Source: Spirochaetia bacterium (GTDB lineage Bacteria; Spirochaetota; Spirochaetia; CADAEX01). From it: a DNA stretch of 64,000 nucleotides. The notes under the pieces were generated by a model. It was not told where the DNA came from and searched no databases. It saw only the letters and a list, made by a program, of their open reading frames with translations. Positions 60,113 to 64,000 of this stretch are shown here, in pieces. Positions within the stretch are counted from its first letter, which is position 1. Each line of letters begins with the position of its first letter. Where the stretch lies: contig CAXXHA010000013.1 in assembly GCA_963662265.2 (NCBI GenBank), forward strand, positions 32,001 to 96,000, in the 5' to 3' direction. A program made the translations under genes and the position numbers.

Positions 60113-61680
60113 TTGCGGTTCTGATTGTATTGTCTGCTTCCTCTATTTTTGCGGAGGATTTCTCGGGAAGAATAATTCTTGAAAAAACAAATTTTGTTGT
60201 TGGTGAGGATTTTTCTTTCAGAATTCTTGTGCCCGGAGCAGCTCCGCTGATGCTTTCGGTTGAAACTCCGCATATACCAAACGGGATACGTCTCCTTAAA
60301 GGTCCTTACATGAGGCCCGGAAAAAGCGGTACTGTTGTTGACTATTATTTCAGGGTCGAAAAACCGGGGCGCTATGTTCTGGGGAGCTTTACCCTTAAAA
60401 CAGCCCTTAAAACAGGTTATACAACTCCTGTGTTTATAAAAGCCGGCAAAAATGATTACCAGCTGAGCGGTATTGACGATGTCCCTCCTGTTGTAAAATG
60501 GGCAGTCCCTTTAAATACCTATTATCCCGGTGAAATTATTCCTCTCAGATTTGTTGTTGAGAATCTTGAATCGGAAGAAGTTACTCTTGAAAGTTCTATC
60601 TACAGTAATAATTCCGGTATAGTAAACCGTATCAGCCGAAACGGTGATAAAGAGGAAAAGGTTGTTGCTACCAAGAACATGCTTACCGGGAATATTTATG
60701 ATATTTTCTATCATAATCATATATTTATTCCCGTGTTTCCAGGCACTATACAGCTCCCCGGGGCTGAAGTATTTATATCGAAAAATGAAAAAAGCTATAA
60801 CACATTTCTTCCAGAGCAGAAGATTGTAATAACATCTGTTCCTTCCAAAATAAAAAATACCGGCGCAATCGGAAATTTCACATCTGATCTGACTTTTTCA
60901 GATAACCTGCTGCATCCTGATGAAATAATAGTTATCAAAAGGGTGATTAAAGGGACAGGAAATTTTTATGCAATGAATATCCCCACTCCATATTCAGACA
61001 TGCCTGAACTTGTTGAAATTAACACTCTCAAGGAAAATCTTTACGCGGAACCTGACGGGCAGTGGTTTACCGGTTCCCTGACAATGAGATACAGCCTGAA
61101 AGTCAAAAAAACCCTTAAAAGAGACCTTGATGATTCCGTGACTATAACTGTGCCTGATATGGCAGTTATGAGAATTAATAACAAGGCGGGAGGCAGTCCC
61201 CGGTATGAATTCTATGAACTTGAAGGGGGCAGTGAATCAATCAGCCTGACTTCTCTTAAAAGGGAATTATCATATTCGGAACTGTATTCTGAAAAAGATT
61301 CCAATGTTGATATATTCCTGATCTCAGTTATTACATCTGCTTTTCTGCTGGCAGTAGCAGCCGTTGTAATAAGCGCCAGGAAAAAAGGTAAAATATTTAC
61401 AATATCGCTAATAGTTATCATAACTGTAATTATTGTCTTAATTCTATTCTTTGTATTTAAAGAAAATGAAGTTTATGGTATTATCTCTCCCAATCCACAA
61501 ATGCCCGGAATTTATAATGTGCCGGATGAGAACAGCAGCATTAAATACAGTGCATCCTCAATTATCAGGGAAATAAGAGTCCCTGTAAAAGGAAGTTACG
61601 AGGATTTTTATCTCATCGAAATGTCTGACGGCGGGGAAGGGTGGATTAAAAAAGATAATATCAGGCTTGAAAATGAGTGA
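60064..61680 (+). CDS. BatD-like protein with C-terminal TM helices and SH3-like domain (start uncertain)
   Basis: Ig-like repeats, GAIGNF, GTGN, terminal GGEGWI; operon position. Confidence 0.7.
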   Translation: MARKREHRSGKYFRLVIAVLIVLSASSIFAEDFSGRIILEKTNFVVGEDFSFRILVPGAAPLMLSVETPHIPNGIRLLKGPYMRPGKSGTVVDYYFRVEKPGRYVLGSFTLKTALKTGYTTPVFIKAGKNDYQLSGIDDVPPVVKWAVPLNTYYPGEIIPLRFVVENLESEEVTLESSIYSNNSGIVNRISRNGDKEEKVVATKNMLTGNIYDIFYHNHIFIPVFPGTIQLPGAEVFISKNEKSYNTFLPEQKIVITSVPSKIKNTGAIGNFTSDLTFSDNLLHPDEIIVIKRVIKGTGNFYAMNIPTPYSDMPELVEINTLKENLYAEPDGQWFTGSLTMRYSLKVKKTLKRDLDDSVTITVPDMAVMRINNKAGGSPRYEFYELEGGSESISLTSLKRELSYSELYSEKDSNVDIFLISVITSAFLLAVAAVVISARKKGKIFTISLIVIITVIIVLILFFVFKENEVYGIISPNPQMPGIYNVPDENSSIKYSASSIIREIRVPVKGSYEDFYLIEMSDGGEGWIKKDNIRLENE

Positions 61681-62071
61681 TTTCAGTAAAATTCTTGAAC
61701 AATGGGAACAATCCGGAAAATCCAGATATGTTGATAAAGACAAATTATTATCCAGAAACAAGACTGTAAAGGTCTCCTCTGTGCACAGGGGCAGGGAACT
61801 TAAAAAAATGAGGCATCAGGATGAGCTGGATCTGCATGGATATACTGCATCCGAAGCAGAGATTGAGCTTGAGAAATTTCTGAAAGAATCAAAAAAAAGA
61901 GGTCTGAGAAAAGTCCTGATTGTTCACGGAAAAGGGAAACATTCCCCCAACGGACCTGTTCTTAAAGAAACAGTTATGACCTTTTTACGGCGGTGTTCTT
62001 TTACAGGTCTGACAGGAACGCCTGAACAGTCACTCGGCGGTTCAGGCGCTGTTTGGGTAATAATCAAATAA
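61673..62071 (+). CDS. Smr/MutS2 C-terminal domain protein
   Basis: LDLHG, IVHGKG.HS, GGSGA. Confidence 0.92.
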   Translation: MSDFSKILEQWEQSGKSRYVDKDKLLSRNKTVKVSSVHRGRELKKMRHQDELDLHGYTASEAEIELEKFLKESKKRGLRKVLIVHGKGKHSPNGPVLKETVMTFLRRCSFTGLTGTPEQSLGGSGAVWVIIK

Positions 62072-62076
62072 AAAGA

Positions 62077-62295
62077 TTATTTTTCCCTGTAGATTATTCT
62101 TCCCCTGGTCAGATCATAGGGAGAAAGGGCAACTTTTACTTTATCGCCCGGTACAATTCTAATGTAAAATTTTCTCATTTTTCCTGAAAGATGAGCAAGT
62201 ATTACATGTCCGTTTTTAAGTTCAACTTTAAACATTGTATTAGGAAGTGATTCCTTTACAATTCCGTCAATTTCAATAGCTTCTTCTTTAGCCAA
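62077..62295 (-). CDS. infA: Translation initiation factor IF-1
   Basis: AKEEAIE..G.V.E.LPN..F.VEL.NGH..LAH.SGKMR...[10 protein letters not shown]; TTG start. Confidence 0.98.
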   Translation of the reverse strand: MAKEEAIEIDGIVKESLPNTMFKVELKNGHVILAHLSGKMRKFYIRIVPGDKVKVALSPYDLTRGRIIYREK

Positions 62296-62453
62296 GGTTA
62301 TTTAATCCTCATTTAATAAAAATATATAGTTTTAGCAGTCTAGCTTATAATATTTTAATAAAAAATCTTTGTCAACAAAGATAACAGTTGACAATTGGCG
62401 ATTAATTGTGCAAATTACGATGCAGTAAGAGATTGCTTTTCAGAGGTTTAAAA

Positions 62454-62813
62454 ATGATTGATAATGATTTCAAAGAGAAAATGAAAGAATCCCTTTTAAG
62501 GCTTAAGGAAGATATCATGAAAAATCTGATATCAGAAAATGATTCATTCAAGTCTCTTATTGAAGATATGGATCCGAAAGATCTTGTTGATGTAGCAGCA
62601 GATGATATCGACAGAAAAATGCTTGAAGCTGTAAGCTCTCAGGATATCAGACGATTGAGGCTGATTGATTCTGCATTATCACGGATTCAGAACGGACGGT
62701 ACGGAGCATGCATGAAATGCGGAAAGAAAATACCTTATGAAAGACTTGAGGCGATTCCATATGCACTTATGTGTATTGCATGTAAAAGTTCCGATGAAAA
62801 AAACAGAAAGTAA
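62454..62813 (+). CDS. dksA: DksA/TraR family regulator
   Basis: DLVDVA coiled-coil tip; YG.CMKCG..I...RLEAIP....CIAC. Confidence 0.9.
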   Translation: MIDNDFKEKMKESLLRLKEDIMKNLISENDSFKSLIEDMDPKDLVDVAADDIDRKMLEAVSSQDIRRLRLIDSALSRIQNGRYGACMKCGKKIPYERLEAIPYALMCIACKSSDEKNRK

Positions 62814-62951
62814 TTTAATATAGTATATAAAAACTGAAAAGCTGTTTCCTTCATATGAGGGAACAGCCGTGCGAGTTGTGTTAATTTAAAATCAGTTTTA
62901 ATAAAAAATATTTATTTCTAATTGTTTTCAATAATATCCTGAATTTCATTC

Positions 62952-62979
62952 TAAGCATGTTTCAATTCTATTCCGATAT
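62952..62979 (+). promoter_or_regulatory. Probable sigma28 promoter
   Basis: TAAG-N16-TCCGATAT, same geometry as the flgM promoter. Confidence 0.55.
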
Positions 62980-62996
62980 AGTAATTGAGGACAGTA

Positions 62997-63383
62997 ATGG
63001 AAACAGGATCAGTATCGTTAAACAGAGCAATATCTCTTCCCCACATAGTCAGAGCCAGTTATTCAAAGAGCAAGATATCTGTTCCTGTAAGTTCTGCAAG
63101 TATCGGATATGCAAGATTCAAGCACATTAAAGGTATTCCCTCATTCCCCGGAAACGGAGGGTTTTCTGTAACAAGGCTTAAACAGCTTGATACAATGATA
63201 GATTTTATCAGCAGAATGAAAAATGAATCTGTTTCTATCGATCTCGGAAGCGGTGATGAATCTGCCCTGGAACGGATGGCTGAAGAATACTCAAAGCTTG
63301 TAAGGGAAAAGATTGTTTCCCCCCTGTTTGCATACAGTTCCGGTAATTATTCTCCCGGTTCAATTCTCAATTTAACTGCCTGA
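62997..63383 (+). CDS. Hypothetical protein, possibly in the flagellar regulon
   Basis: RBS GAGG, 128 aa, C-terminus PGSILNLTA. Confidence 0.7.
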   Translation: METGSVSLNRAISLPHIVRASYSKSKISVPVSSASIGYARFKHIKGIPSFPGNGGFSVTRLKQLDTMIDFISRMKNESVSIDLGSGDESALERMAEEYSKLVREKIVSPLFAYSSGNYSPGSILNLTA

Positions 63384-63384
63384 A

Positions 63385-64000
63385 ATGTTATTCATTGTAT
63401 TGATTATAATAATTGTAATTCTTTTTTATCTTCTCATCCCCGGAGCCGGCGCTTTTTATGCCAGAAACCAGTGGAAAGATTTCAGAAGCAATATAGTTGA
63501 ATCAGGATATTATCCTGTTCTTGACTATCTCAGTTTCAGGGGTAAACGTGATGATGATTTCCCCGGATTATACCGTTTCTACGGCAGGGTGGAAGCTATT
63601 CAGAATGAAAATGAAATATGGCTGAGACAGGGCAATTTTACTGTAACAGCAGATCTGACCGATGTTAAAATATATATTATAAGAAGTGGTATTTCAGATT
63701 CCCCAGATAATTCCTTTTTGGAGCATGCCGGCAGCACAATCGCCGATGAAATGCCGCAGATACTGACCTGGGACAGGATATTTTCTCTTCCTGAAAACAG
63801 TGAAATGATGATAGCAGGGCCTCTTTTCAGGACCGGGGGAAAAGGGGTTTTCAAAAATACTGAAAATGAAAAACTGACTGTAATACTGTATGACGGGAGC
63901 AGTGAAACTCTTTTAAAGAGGGCTGTATGGAGCGGAAGGCACAGGAACGAATTCTGGAATTATCTTACCCCCATATCTGTAATAACCGGGGCATTTGCTC
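63385..64000 (+). CDS. Hypothetical membrane protein (3'-truncated by window)
   Basis: ATG 63385 MLFIVLIIIIVILFYLLIPGAGAFYAR..., frame stays open to the window end. Confidence 0.75.
   Translation, partial: MLFIVLIIIIVILFYLLIPGAGAFYARNQWKDFRSNIVESGYYPVLDYLSFRGKRDDDFPGLYRFYGRVEAIQNENEIWLRQGNFTVTADLTDVKIYIIRSGISDSPDNSFLEHAGSTIADEMPQILTWDRIFSLPENSEMMIAGPLFRTGGKGVFKNTENEKLTVILYDGSSETLLKRAVWSGRHRNEFWNYLTPISVITGAFA

Overview
Chromosomal segment of a low-GC bacterium, most likely a free-living spirochaete (inferred from the IF-1, FlgM and DksA sequences and several hypothetical proteins of spirochaete type). About 50 CDSs and one tRNA-Ala(GGC); no prophage, IS, integrase or CRISPR was seen. Main blocks: (1) end of a citrate-synthase/citryl-CoA-lyase-like gene plus an acylating aldehyde dehydrogenase; (2) a phosphate island with DUF47-PiT diverging from a sensor kinase, a sigma54 activator, a -24/-12 promoter, two divergent DUF47/PhoU-like paralogues and a Na/Pi cotransporter; (3) an ABC-F gene with a Met-Arg-Arg leader and attenuator-like hairpin; (4) a locus resembling the Listeria flavin-based extracellular electron transfer genes (menA-like, exported DAVSGAS-motif protein, ndh2, polyprenyl synthase), where Ndh2 carries four tandem 18-aa repeats with flavinylation-like motifs; (5) rsmI-flgM followed by CAGGA-loop hairpins resembling CsrA-binding sites, with a decayed second copy at 3.7 kb; (6) housekeeping and signalling genes and a moxR-DUF58-bat operon. 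About 12 single-base frameshifts cluster at 5-10 kb and 54-58 kb and are most simply assembly indels. All family calls come from motifs recognised by eye; no database search was run.
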